The position numbers were made by a program, and so were the translations under genes. From the NCBI GenBank assembly GCA_035695825.1, contig DASRRH010000031.1, positions 83,648 through 147,647 on the forward strand: DNA of 64,000 nucleotides. The letters are read 5' to 3'. The notes beneath the pieces were generated by a model, which worked only from the letters and a program-made list of their open reading frames with translations, was not told where the DNA came from and searched no databases. Source of the DNA: Planctomycetota bacterium. GTDB lineage: Bacteria; Planctomycetota; UBA1135; JAKEFM01. Below, one piece after another: positions 1-8,640 of the stretch; the stretch's first letter is position 1, and the number at the start of each line of letters is the position of its first letter.

Positions 1-1347
1 CGGCGCCCGGTCGCGCTCTTCGGAGGCGAAGTAGCGCGCGAGGCGAAGCTCGGACGAGATCCCCCTCGCCCCGTCGAACGCGGCGAGGCCGAGCACCGGG
101 AGGAGGAGGAGGGCGCCGAGCCGGCTCGCGCGGGGCGAAGGGGCTTTCCCCCGGTCCGGCTCGACGAGGGCGAGGAGACCGAAGAAGAGAAGGAGGGTCG
201 GTGGGTTCGCGAGGAGGGGCGAGCGGAAGAGCGAGTTCGCGGCGATCGCCACGGCTCCGGCCGCGGCGGGGATCGCCGGGGTCCGGGAGCACGCCCTCGA
301 CGCCGCGAGGAGGAGACCGAGCAGGGCGAGGAGGCCGGGGACCCCCGTCTCGGCCGCGATCTGGAGCGGGTCGCAGTGCGCCGTCTCGGGGGAGGACTCC
401 ACGGCGAATCCACGCGAGGAGATCCGCGCCTCCTCCGGGTCCCGATAGGGGGGGAAGGCGGCGGCGAAGTTCCCCGCGCCGACGCCGACCGCGGCGTGCT
501 CGGCGAACATCCGAAGCGTCGAGACGTCGATCCGGGCGCGCACCTCGAAGGAGTCGGGGACGGCCCCCCCCTCGGAGCTCGGGGCGGCAGGCGCGGCCTC
601 GCTCGCCCCGACGGGGCGGAAGGAAAAGCCGATCCCCCAGGCGAGGAGCGCCGCCGCGCCGACTCCGAGCGCGCGGAGGAAGCGGTCCCGGAGCCCGAGG
701 AAGAGGGCGGCGGCGGCGAGGGAGACGGCGGCCGCGCGGGTCCCGGCCGCGCCCGCGTAGAGGGGGCCGACGACGAGGGTGGCGCCCGCGAGCGCGCGCG
801 GGAGCCCTCCGTGCAGGAGCCCGCCGAGCGCGACGGCGACGCACGGGACGACGTACTCCGCCGCGGCGTTGGTGTTCCCGAAGGTCGAGACCGGATAGCG
901 GCGGCTCTCGTAGACGCGGAGCACGGCGGAGAGGTCGACCCCCGCGCGCTGGAGCAGGCCGTAGGCCGCGACCGCGAGTCCGGAGGCGACGGCGACCGCG
1001 AGGAACGCGCGGGACGCGCTCCCCTCTTTCCTCAGGACGCCGGCGAAGAGCCCGGCGCCCCCGAGCGCGAGGAGGGTTCGCGCGCCGGCGAAGAGGTCGG
1101 TCGCGGCGAGGAGGCTCAAGGCCATCGCGGCGAGGAGGGCGAGAAGGGGCCCCCGGAAGGGGATCGCGATCCCTTCGCCCCGGGCGAGGGCGGGCCCCAC
1201 CCCGAAACGGAGGAGGAACGCGACGAGGAGCAGGGTCGCGAGCCCGGCCTTCGCAGCGCCGAAGCGCGGGAGCACCGGGTCGAAGCAGAGCGCCGTCCCC
1301 GCGAGGAGGGCGCCCGCGGCGACGCCGAGGCCCCTCCCGGGGGTCAT
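1..1347 (-). CDS. O-antigen ligase / Wzy_C-family polytopic membrane protein (C-terminus runs off window start)
   Basis: Absent from the ORF track because there is no stop inside the window. The reverse frame is open from ATG at 1347 (ATGA overlap with the ftsY stop at 1344-1346) down to position 1. The translation MTPGRGLGVAAGALLAGTALCF... is multi-TM. It contains PETAHCDPLQIAAETGVPGLLALL, like the conserved H..L...E.G loop of Wzy_C/O-antigen ligases. Confidence 0.6.
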   Translation of the reverse strand, partial: MTPGRGLGVAAGALLAGTALCFDPVLPRFGAAKAGLATLLLVAFLLRFGVGPALARGEGIAIPFRGPLLALLAAMALSLLAATDLFAGARTLLALGGAGLFAGVLRKEGSASRAFLAVAVASGLAVAAYGLLQRAGVDLSAVLRVYESRRYPVSTFGNTNAAAEYVVPCVAVALGGLLHGGLPRALAGATLVVGPLYAGAAGTRAAAVSLAAAALFLGLRDRFLRALGVGAAALLAWGIGFSFRPVGASEAAPAAPSSEGGAVPDSFEVRARIDVSTLRMFAEHAAVGVGAGNFAAAFPPYRDPEEARISSRGFAVESSPETAHCDPLQIAAETGVPGLLALLGLLLAASRACSRTPAIPAAAGAVAIAANSLFRSPLLANPPTLLLFFGLLALVEPDRGKAPSPRASRLGALLLLPVLGLAAFDGARGISSELRLARYFASEERDRAP

Positions 1348-2267
1348 CCCGCCGCGCGGACCGCTGGCTCGAGGATCGCCTCGACGAAGGAGGCGGGGTC
1401 GAAGCGCTCGAGGTCGTCGAGCCCCTCGCCGAGGCCGACGAACTTGACCGGCACCCCGAGCCGCTCGCGGATCCCGAAGACCGCGCCCCCCTTCGCCGTC
1501 CCGTCGAGCTTCGCGAGGACGATCCCGCTCACCTCGATCGCCTCGCGGAAGACCTCGCTCTGGACGAGGGCGTTTTGCCCCGTCGTCGCGTCGAGGACGA
1601 GGAGGGTCTCGTGCGGCGCGCCCGGGACCTTCCCGGCGAGGACGCGACGGATCTTCCGGAGCTCCTCCATCAGGTTCCTCTGCGTGTGGAGGCGGCCGGC
1701 CGTGTCGACGACGAGGACGTCGATGTCCCGGGCGAGGGCGGCCTCCGCGGCGTCGAAGGCGACGGCGGCGGGGTCGCCCCCGGGCGCCCCTTTCACGATC
1801 GGGACGCCGAGGCGCTCCGCCCAGATCGTCAGCTGCTCGACCGCCGCCGCCCGGAACGTGTCCCCGGCGGCGAGGATCACGGACTTCCCCTCGGCCTGGA
1901 GGTGGCGCGCGAGCTTCGCGATCGTCGTCGTCTTCCCCGAGCCGTTCACGCCGGCGACGAGGACGACGGTCGGGCCCGAGGAGGCGAACGCGATCCCGCC
2001 CCCGCACCCCTCGAGCCTCCGGAGGAGCGCCGCGCGCAGGAAGGGGAGGACCTCCCCCGTCGTCTTGATCTCGCGGCGCTTGTAGGCGCGCCGGACCTCC
2101 TCGACGAGGGGGGAGGCGGCGGAGCCGAGGTCGGCCGTGTAGAGGACCTCCTCGAGCCGGTCGAGGAAGGGCTCGTCGAGGTCGCGCCCGATCGCGAGGA
2201 GCGCCTTCAGCCCCTCCCCGAAGATCTCGCGGGTCTTGCGCAGGCCGTCGAAGAGGCGGCGGAGCAA
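1344..2267 (-). CDS. ftsY: Signal recognition particle receptor FtsY
   Basis: Track ORF of 307 aa with SRP-GTPase motifs GVNGSGKTTTIAKLA, VVDTAGRL and AKLDGTAKGG. Confidence 0.9.
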   Translation of the reverse strand: MLRRLFDGLRKTREIFGEGLKALLAIGRDLDEPFLDRLEEVLYTADLGSAASPLVEEVRRAYKRREIKTTGEVLPFLRAALLRRLEGCGGGIAFASSGPTVVLVAGVNGSGKTTTIAKLARHLQAEGKSVILAAGDTFRAAAVEQLTIWAERLGVPIVKGAPGGDPAAVAFDAAEAALARDIDVLVVDTAGRLHTQRNLMEELRKIRRVLAGKVPGAPHETLLVLDATTGQNALVQSEVFREAIEVSGIVLAKLDGTAKGGAVFGIRERLGVPVKFVGLGEGLDDLERFDPASFVEAILEPAVRAAG

Positions 2268-2273
2268 GCGTCG

Positions 2274-2786
2274 CTATCGGGGAGGGGAGGCGGGATCGGC
2301 GGGGACGGCCCCGCCGGGGTCGTGGGGGGCGGGGACGCCCGCGTCGGCGCCCGGGGGCTCGTCCCCCTTCACCCCCGCGAGGATGCGCACCCGGTCGAGG
2401 ATCCCGTTCACGAACGCCCCCGACTGGGTCGTCGAGTAGCGCTTCGCGATCTCGATCGCCTCGTTGATCGCGACCTTCGGCGGGACCTCCTCGGAGTGGA
2501 GGAGCTCGTAGATCCCGAGCCGCAGCACGTTCCGGTCGAGGACCGCCATCCGCTCGAGGTCCCAGTTCTTCGCCGTCCGGCGGATCCAGCCGTCGATCTC
2601 CTCCCGATGGGCGCGGACCCCCCCGACGAGGGCGAGCGCGTAGGCGCGGATCTCCGGATCGCGCGCCTCCCCCCCGACGTAGGCCTCGGCGTCCCCATAG
2701 GCCTCCTCCCCGCGGAGGTCGGCCATGTAGAGGACGTGCAGCGCGTACTCGCGCGCGCGCGTCCGCCGGCGGAGGACGGCGGTCAC
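2274..2786 (-). CDS. nusB: Transcription antitermination factor NusB
   Basis: The C-terminal ~170 aa of track ORF 2274..3050 reads REYALHVLYMADL...WDLERMAVLDRNVLRLGIYELL...PPKVAINEAIEIAKRYSTTQSGAFVNGILD. Start set at GTG 2786, which overlaps the ribH stop (GTGA). Confidence 0.85.
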   Translation of the reverse strand: MTAVLRRRTRAREYALHVLYMADLRGEEAYGDAEAYVGGEARDPEIRAYALALVGGVRAHREEIDGWIRRTAKNWDLERMAVLDRNVLRLGIYELLHSEEVPPKVAINEAIEIAKRYSTTQSGAFVNGILDRVRILAGVKGDEPPGADAGVPAPHDPGGAVPADPASPPR

Positions 2787-3262
2787 GTCCCGCCTCCCGC
2801 CGGAAGCTCCCGGAGCAGGTTCGCCATCTGGAGCGCGACGAGGCCGGCGTCGAATCCGCGGTTCCCCTTCGGGCCTCCCGCGCGCGCGAGGGCGTCCTCC
2901 ATCGACTCGCAGGCGAGGACCTCGAAGGCGACGGGGACCGAGAAGCGCCGCGCGACCTCGGCGCAGCCGCGGGCGCACTCCCGGGCGATCAGGTCGAAGT
3001 GCTCGGTCTCCCCGCGCACGATCGCGCCGAGGGCGACGATCGCGTCGCACGTGCCCGAAGCGGCGAGGCGCTGCGCCGCGAGGGGGATCTCGAACGCCCC
3101 CGGCACGCTCGCGACGGTGATCGCGTCCTCGGCGACCCCGTTCTTCTTCAGGGCGTCGAGGCAGCCCTGGAGGAGGCGCTGCGCGACGTTCCCGTGGAAT
3201 CGGCCGACGACGACGCCGATCCGCCGTCCCGATCCGGAGAGGGAGCCCGAGAACGCGCGCAT
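2783..3262 (-). CDS. ribH: 6,7-dimethyl-8-ribityllumazine synthase
   Basis: The tail of track ORF 2783..4645 reads MRAFSGS..IGVVVGRFHGNVAQRLLQGCLDAL..VPGAFEIPLAAQRLA..DAIVALGAIVRGETEHFD. ATG at 3262 gives 159 aa. Confidence 0.9.
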   Translation of the reverse strand: MRAFSGSLSGSGRRIGVVVGRFHGNVAQRLLQGCLDALKKNGVAEDAITVASVPGAFEIPLAAQRLAASGTCDAIVALGAIVRGETEHFDLIARECARGCAEVARRFSVPVAFEVLACESMEDALARAGGPKGNRGFDAGLVALQMANLLRELPAGGGT

Positions 3263-3346
3263 GGAAGGGCGCGATTCTACCGGCACGCCCGCAGGGGGAG
3301 GTCCGCTCCCGAAGGGCGCCGTTCGCCCGCCGGTATATTCGCCCGG

Positions 3347-4537
3347 GTGATCTCCCTCGAAGAGGCGCGCCGGATCGTCGCCGAGCGCGTGCCGGGGCCC
3401 TCCCCGCCCGCGGAAGTCCTCCTCGCCGAGAGCCTCGGCCTCACCCTCGCCGAGGAGGTCGCCTCCGACCTCGACCTGCCCCCCTTCGACGCCTCGGCGA
3501 TGGACGGCTACGCGGTCCTGTCGTCCGACTTCGGGGAACTTCCGGCTGCGCTTCGCCTGGTCGGGGAATCGAAGGCGGGGAAGCCCTTCCCCGGCCGCGT
3601 GCGGGCGGGGACCGCGGTCGCGATCTACACGGGCGCCGCCCTCCCCGAAGGGGCCGACGCCGTCGCGATCGTCGAGCGCACCCAGCGCGACGGGGCCTTC
3701 GTGCGCGTCTTCGACGCGGTCAAGAAAGGGGAGAACGTCCGTCGGAAGGGAGAGGACCTGAAGGCGGGGGAGGTCGTGCTCCGGCCCGGGACGGCGATCC
3801 GGCCGCAGGAGATGGGGGCCCTCGCCGCGCTCGGGCGCGCGCGGGTGAACGCCCGCCCCCGCCCCCGCGTCGCGATCCTCGCGACGGGGGACGAGCTCGT
3901 CCCGCCCGAGCGCAGGCCCGGCCCCGGCGAGATCCGGGAGAGCAACACCTGGTCGCTCCTCGGCCAGGCGATCCGCGCGGACGCGGAGCCGCTCCGGCTC
4001 GGGACCGTGCGGGACGAGCGCGGCGCGATCCGCGCGCGGATCGAGGAGGGGCTCGGCGCGGACCTCCTCCTCCTCACGGGAGGGGTCTCGGTCGGCGCCT
4101 ACGACCTCGTCGCGGAGGCGCTCGAATCGCTCGGCGTCGAGAACCACTTCCACGGCGTCTCGATGAAGCCCGGCCGGCCGATCTGGTTCGGCACGAGGGG
4201 GGAGACCGCCGTCTTCGGGCTCCCGGGGAACCCCGTCTCCGCGTTCGTCGGCTTCGAGGTCCTCGTCCGGGTCGCGATCGAGAAGCGGCAGGGGCGCGCC
4301 CCTCGCGATCCCTTCCACTTCGGCCGCTTCGGCGGCGGGGCGGTGAAGAGGAACCCGAGACTCCAGCTCGTCCCGGCGGTCACCGCCTGCTCGAGGGAAG
4401 GGGGCTCGGAGATCCGCGCGCTCGAGTGGTCCTCCTCGGCCGACCTCGTGGAGCTGGCGCGGGCGAACGCGCTCCTCCTCGTTCCCGAAGACACGGTCCC
4501 CTCCTCGGGGGAGACGGTCCGGTTCTTCGAGATCTAG
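3347..4537 (+). CDS. moeA: Molybdopterin molybdenumtransferase MoeA
   Basis: In frame with track ORF 2999..4537. GTG 3347 begins VISLEEARRIV. Motifs PPFDASAMDGYAV, LLLLTGGVSVGAYD and GLPGNPVSAFV. Confidence 0.85.
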   Translation: MISLEEARRIVAERVPGPSPPAEVLLAESLGLTLAEEVASDLDLPPFDASAMDGYAVLSSDFGELPAALRLVGESKAGKPFPGRVRAGTAVAIYTGAALPEGADAVAIVERTQRDGAFVRVFDAVKKGENVRRKGEDLKAGEVVLRPGTAIRPQEMGALAALGRARVNARPRPRVAILATGDELVPPERRPGPGEIRESNTWSLLGQAIRADAEPLRLGTVRDERGAIRARIEEGLGADLLLLTGGVSVGAYDLVAEALESLGVENHFHGVSMKPGRPIWFGTRGETAVFGLPGNPVSAFVGFEVLVRVAIEKRQGRAPRDPFHFGRFGGGAVKRNPRLQLVPAVTACSREGGSEIRALEWSSSADLVELARANALLLVPEDTVPSSGETVRFFEI

Positions 4538-4538
4538 G

Positions 4539-6221
4539 GTGAGCGGCGGGCGCTCTCCCTCCCTCCTGCGGCCGCTGATCGCGTCGCTCGCCTCGGCCCT
4601 CCTCCTCGCGCTCTCCCAGCCCGGCCCCGACCTCGCGCCGGTCACGTTCCTCGCGCTCGTCCCCTGGACGCTCGCCCGCCTCGGCCCCGGAGGAGGAGCC
4701 CGCGCGTGGCTCGCGGACTACGCGGGAGGCCTCGTCTTCTTCGCCGCGAGCGCGGGCTGGCTCTCGCACGTCGCCTTCGTCGCCGCCGCGATCGTGATCC
4801 CCGTCTCCGCCCTCTCTTTCGTCGTCTCGGGATGGGCGCTGCGCCGGCTCGCCCGGCGCCTGCCCGTCTCCCTCGCGGTCGCCCTCGCGTGGACCGCGGG
4901 GGAGTACCTGCGCTCCCTCTGTCCTCCCGGCGGATTCCCGATGGGGATTCTCGGAGCCGGGCTCTACCGCGTCCCCCTCTTGCTCCAGGTTGCCGACCTC
5001 GGGGGGATGTTCCTCGTCTCCTTCCTCGTGGCCGGCGTGAACGGGGCGCTCGCAGGGCTCCTCGCCCCGCGCCTCGGCCTGCGGCCCCGGGGCGGCCTTC
5101 GCGTGGAAGGGGCCTGCGGCCTCCTCGCCCTTCTCGGACCGGCCGTCTACGGCGGGGCGCGCGGGCCGACGCCGACGGTCGAGGGGCCCGTCGTGACGCT
5201 CGTCCAGGCGAACGTCTCGGAGGCGAGCAAGCGCGAGGTCCAGACCGGCGGGGGGGACGCCGAGGAGTGGGCGCGGAGCCTCTACCAGGCCCACCGGCGC
5301 CTCTCCCTCGCCGCCGCCGACCCGGGCGACCTCCTCGTCTGGCCCGAGACGATGCTCCCCTTCCCCCTCGGGAACGGGAAGCCGGGGGAGGTCTTCGTCG
5401 AGGCGGGGGAACTCCCCGGAGGGCCCTTCCACTACGAGGTCGCCGACGCTCAGGCGGCGGAGGAGGAGCTCGTGCGCCGGGGGGTGATCGAGGCGCTGCG
5501 CGAGCGCAAGCCCCACTTCCTCGTCGGCGCGCTCTTCTACGACCGGCTCGAGGGGCGCTTCCGGCTCTTCAACACGGCGGTCCTCTTCTCACCGAAGGGG
5601 GAGCGGATCGACTGGTACCACAAGGTCCACCTCGTCCCGGGAGGGGAGGTCCTCCCCTGGCGCCGCGCGCTCCCCTTCGCGGACGCCGTCGGGCGCTGGA
5701 TCGAGTCGTGGGCGGGCTACTTCCCGGACCTGGCCGGGGGGCGGGGGCCGAAGAGGTTCACGTTCCGGGCGCGCGACGGGAAGGAGTGGAGGTTCGGCGT
5801 CGGGATCTGCTGGGACAACGCCTACTCCGACCTCTTCCGCGCGAACGCGAGGGAGGGGGTCGACTTCCACGTCGTCCTCTCGAACGAGGCGCACTTCCTC
5901 GACTCCTACGAGATGGAGCAGCTCCTCGCGCACGCCGCGTTCCGGGCGGTCGAGACGCGCCGGGCGGTCGTGCGGGCGACGAACACGGGGATCACGGCCC
6001 TCCTCACCCCCGACGGGAGGGTCGCGGCGGTCCTCGAGCGGGAGGGGAGGCGGAAAGACGTCGCGGGGACGCTCACCGTCCGGGTCCCGGTCGCCGAGCG
6101 GGGCTCCCTCTTCCTCCGGATCGGGGAGGCGTTCCCCGCGGGCGCGACCGCGGTCGCCCTCCTCCTCGCGGGTCTCCTCCGGCGACGAGGCGGCGCGGCG
6201 GAATCCCCTTGCTCGGCTTGA
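4539..6221 (+). CDS. lnt: Apolipoprotein N-acyltransferase
   Basis: 560 aa. Multi-TM N-terminal half, then a CN-hydrolase domain (LVWPETMLPF, FGVGICWDNAYSDLF, NTGITALL). Confidence 0.85.
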   Translation: MSGGRSPSLLRPLIASLASALLLALSQPGPDLAPVTFLALVPWTLARLGPGGGARAWLADYAGGLVFFAASAGWLSHVAFVAAAIVIPVSALSFVVSGWALRRLARRLPVSLAVALAWTAGEYLRSLCPPGGFPMGILGAGLYRVPLLLQVADLGGMFLVSFLVAGVNGALAGLLAPRLGLRPRGGLRVEGACGLLALLGPAVYGGARGPTPTVEGPVVTLVQANVSEASKREVQTGGGDAEEWARSLYQAHRRLSLAAADPGDLLVWPETMLPFPLGNGKPGEVFVEAGELPGGPFHYEVADAQAAEEELVRRGVIEALRERKPHFLVGALFYDRLEGRFRLFNTAVLFSPKGERIDWYHKVHLVPGGEVLPWRRALPFADAVGRWIESWAGYFPDLAGGRGPKRFTFRARDGKEWRFGVGICWDNAYSDLFRANAREGVDFHVVLSNEAHFLDSYEMEQLLAHAAFRAVETRRAVVRATNTGITALLTPDGRVAAVLEREGRRKDVAGTLTVRVPVAERGSLFLRIGEAFPAGATAVALLLAGLLRRRGGAAESPCSA

Positions 6222-6245
6222 CTTGAATGACCCCCTCCCTATAGT
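6218..6245 (+). promoter_or_regulatory. Sigma70-like promoter (TTGACT-16 nt-TATAGT)
   Basis: TTGACT at 6218-6223 and TATAGT at 6240-6245, in otherwise G+C-rich DNA. AGGAG at 6295-6299 lies 6 nt before ATG 6306. Confidence 0.4.
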
Positions 6246-6305
6246 CGGTGCACTCTTGTTTTCCCCGCAAGCCCGCCTCCCCCTCGCTCCCTTCAGGAGT
6301 AGGAA

Positions 6306-7160
6306 ATGAGCCCGATCGGCCGGATCTTCATCGTCGTGAACCTCGTGCTGTCGGCGGCCTTCCTCGGGTGGGCCGGCGGCGTGCTCGCGAAGAGCGACGA
6401 GTTCAAGACGAAGTTCATGAACGAGCAGAAGGCGCACAGCGATACGAAGGCGGCGCTGAAAAAGGAGATCGAAGGGGTGAAGGGGGAGCGGGACGAGACG
6501 AAGCAGTCCCTCGCGGCCGTGCGGGAAGAGCGGGGGCGCCTCGAGGGGGACGCGGACCGGCTCGGGAAGGAGCTCGCCGCGGCGAAGGAGGAGAACGCGC
6601 AACTGCGGGCCGGGGTCGGCTCGATCGACGCCAAGCTCGGCGACTTCCAGCAGAACCTGAAGCAGTCCGCCGACCGGATCGCCGAGCTCGACCGCGAGCG
6701 GGACAAGCTCCGGGACGAGCGGGAGAAGGCGGTCGCGGCGCAGACCGCCGCGGAGACCGAGAAGAACGACGCGGTCGAGGCGGTGCGCCGCTCGAAGGAG
6801 ACCCTGGCGAGCCTCGAGGAGCAGGTCGCCGCGCTGACCAAGGAGAGGGACGAGTCGAAGTTCCGGTTCGACCAGATCGTCGAGAAGACGGGGGTCTCGA
6901 TCGGCGACCTGGTCGCTCAGCCCCTGATCCAGGCGAACGTCCTCAAGGTCCTCCGGGACGCGGGGCTCGTCGCCCTCAACGTCGGATCCGAGCAGGGGGT
7001 CAAGCGGGGGTTCACCTTCGACGTGTGGCGGGGCGGCACCTTCAAGGGGCGCGTCGTCGTCAGCTCCGTGGACAAGGGCTTCTCCTCGGGCGAGATCAAG
7101 TTCCTCGCCCCGAACCAGACGATCGAGGAGGGGGACCGGGCCGCGACGCGGATTCCGTAG
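6306..7160 (+). CDS. Membrane-anchored coiled-coil protein with a small C-terminal beta-rich module (unnamed)
   Basis: 284 aa. N-terminal TM IFIVVNLVLSAAFLGWAGGVLA, then a long charged heptad-like segment (KKEIEGVKGERDETKQSLAAVREERGRLEGDADRLGKELAAAKEENAQL...). C-terminal segment VALNVGSEQGVKRGFTFDVWRGGTFKGRVVVSSV. Good RBS. Confidence 0.7.
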   Translation: MSPIGRIFIVVNLVLSAAFLGWAGGVLAKSDEFKTKFMNEQKAHSDTKAALKKEIEGVKGERDETKQSLAAVREERGRLEGDADRLGKELAAAKEENAQLRAGVGSIDAKLGDFQQNLKQSADRIAELDRERDKLRDEREKAVAAQTAAETEKNDAVEAVRRSKETLASLEEQVAALTKERDESKFRFDQIVEKTGVSIGDLVAQPLIQANVLKVLRDAGLVALNVGSEQGVKRGFTFDVWRGGTFKGRVVVSSVDKGFSSGEIKFLAPNQTIEEGDRAATRIP

Positions 7161-7178
7161 GGGAGGGGGGAGAGAGCC

Positions 7179-7397
7179 ATGGCGCGAGAACGCAATTCGC
7201 GGCGGCCCGGGGCGGGTCGAGTCGCCCCCGAGGCGGGGGAGCCCGAGGCCGTCGGCGAGGAGAAGCCCGGGATCGACGTCGAGTCGGGGATGGTCCTCAC
7301 GACGGCGCTCCTCCTCCTCGTCGCGATCGTCCTCATCCTGAAGGAGCTCGGCGGCCACTACGGCGCCGGCCCCTTGGCCAGCTCCTTCGCCGGCTGA
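7179..7397 (+). CDS. Small single-pass membrane protein (hypothetical)
   Basis: 72 aa. Purine-rich RBS (GGGGAGGGGGGAGAGAG) before ATG 7179. One TM, MVLTTALLLLVAIVLILKEL. Confidence 0.45.
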   Translation: MARERNSRRPGAGRVAPEAGEPEAVGEEKPGIDVESGMVLTTALLLLVAIVLILKELGGHYGAGPLASSFAG

Positions 7398-7569
7398 CGC
7401 CCGGCGCGATCACCCGAGCGCGGCCCCCCTTCCGGCTTCCCGTCCGCCGGATCGTGCGCGACCTTGTGTTTGCGCGCTCGACTCGTACATTACCGCCCCG
7501 TTTGGGCGGATCTCCGCGTGCGAGCGCGCGCTCCTGCGCCGCGCGGATCGGGACGGGTCCTTCGCGCAA

Positions 7570-8628
7570 ATGTTGAAGCCGATCGAGTGGATCCTCGGGC
7601 GCTTCTCGCTCGACATGGGGATCGACCTCGGGACGGCGAACACCCTCGTCTGCCTCCGCGACCGCGGCATCGTCCTGAACGAGCCGACCGTCGTCGCGGT
7701 GAAGCGCGGGACGAACGAGGTGCTCCTCGGCGGGCGGGCCGTCGGCGTCGCGGCGAAGGAAATGCTCGGCAAGACCCCGGGCAACCTCGTCGCGATCCGT
7801 CCCCTGAAGAACGGCGTCATCGCCGACTTCGAGGTGACGGAGAAGATGCTGCGCTACTTCATCACGAAGGTGCACGACGGCCGCCAGTGGGTGAAGCCGC
7901 AGATCGTGGTCTCCGTTCCCTCCGGGATCACGGCGGTCGAGCGCCGCGCCGTCATCAACTCCGCGGAGCGCGCGGGCGCGCGGCGCGTCTTCCTGATCGA
8001 GGAGCCCCTCGCGGCCGGCATCGGGATCGGGCTCCCCGTGACGGAGCCGCGCGGCTCGATGGTCGTCGACATCGGCGGGGGGACCTCGGAGGTCGCGATC
8101 CTCTCGCTCGCGGGGATGGTCTCGTCGACCTCGCTGCGGGTCGCCGGCGACGACATGGACGAGGCGGTCATCAACCACCTCCGCAAGCGCTACAACCTCC
8201 TGATCGGCGAGCAGACGGCGGAGCGGATCAAGATCGAGATCGGGTCGGCCTGGCCCCTCGAGACCGAGCTCGCGATGGAGGTCGGGGGGCGCGACGCCCT
8301 GGGAGGGCTGCCGCGGCGCGTCCGCGTGACCTCGGAGGAGGTGCGGGAGGCGCTCCTCCTCCCCGTCCGGGCGATCATCGGGGCGATCAAGGAGACCCTC
8401 GAGAAGGCCCCCCCCGAGATCGCCGCCGACTTGGTCGAAACGGGCGTCCACCTCGTCGGAGGAGGGAGCCTCCTCCGCGGGATCGACCGGATCGTGTCGG
8501 AGGAGGTCGGGCTCCCCGCCCGCGTGGCCGAGGACCCGATGAGCGCGGTCGCCCGGGGCACCGGAGTCTTCCTCGAGAACCTCGAGCTCTACTCGAGGGT
8601 CCTCCAGACGGGGGAGGACTCCGTCTAG
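7570..8628 (+). CDS. mreB: Rod shape-determining actin homologue MreB
   Basis: 352 aa with actin-fold motifs GIDLGTANTLV, VVDIGGGTSEVAI and HLVGGGSLLRGID. Confidence 0.95.
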   Translation: MLKPIEWILGRFSLDMGIDLGTANTLVCLRDRGIVLNEPTVVAVKRGTNEVLLGGRAVGVAAKEMLGKTPGNLVAIRPLKNGVIADFEVTEKMLRYFITKVHDGRQWVKPQIVVSVPSGITAVERRAVINSAERAGARRVFLIEEPLAAGIGIGLPVTEPRGSMVVDIGGGTSEVAILSLAGMVSSTSLRVAGDDMDEAVINHLRKRYNLLIGEQTAERIKIEIGSAWPLETELAMEVGGRDALGGLPRRVRVTSEEVREALLLPVRAIIGAIKETLEKAPPEIAADLVETGVHLVGGGSLLRGIDRIVSEEVGLPARVAEDPMSAVARGTGVFLENLELYSRVLQTGEDSV

Positions 8629-8640
8629 CCCGCGCGTGGC

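Noticed and set aside
3263-3346. An FMN riboswitch upstream of ribH.
   Set aside because: Only 84 nt separate ribH from the divergent moeA, which is too short for an FMN element, and no conserved FMN-box sequence was recognised.
201-3350. 1049-aa plus-strand ORF, and the overlapping 376..2085 ORF.
   Set aside because: Extreme Arg/Pro/Gly composition and no motifs. It lies antisense to four well-supported minus-strand genes (ligase-like, ftsY, nusB, ribH). This is a typical stop-poor antisense frame in high-G+C DNA.
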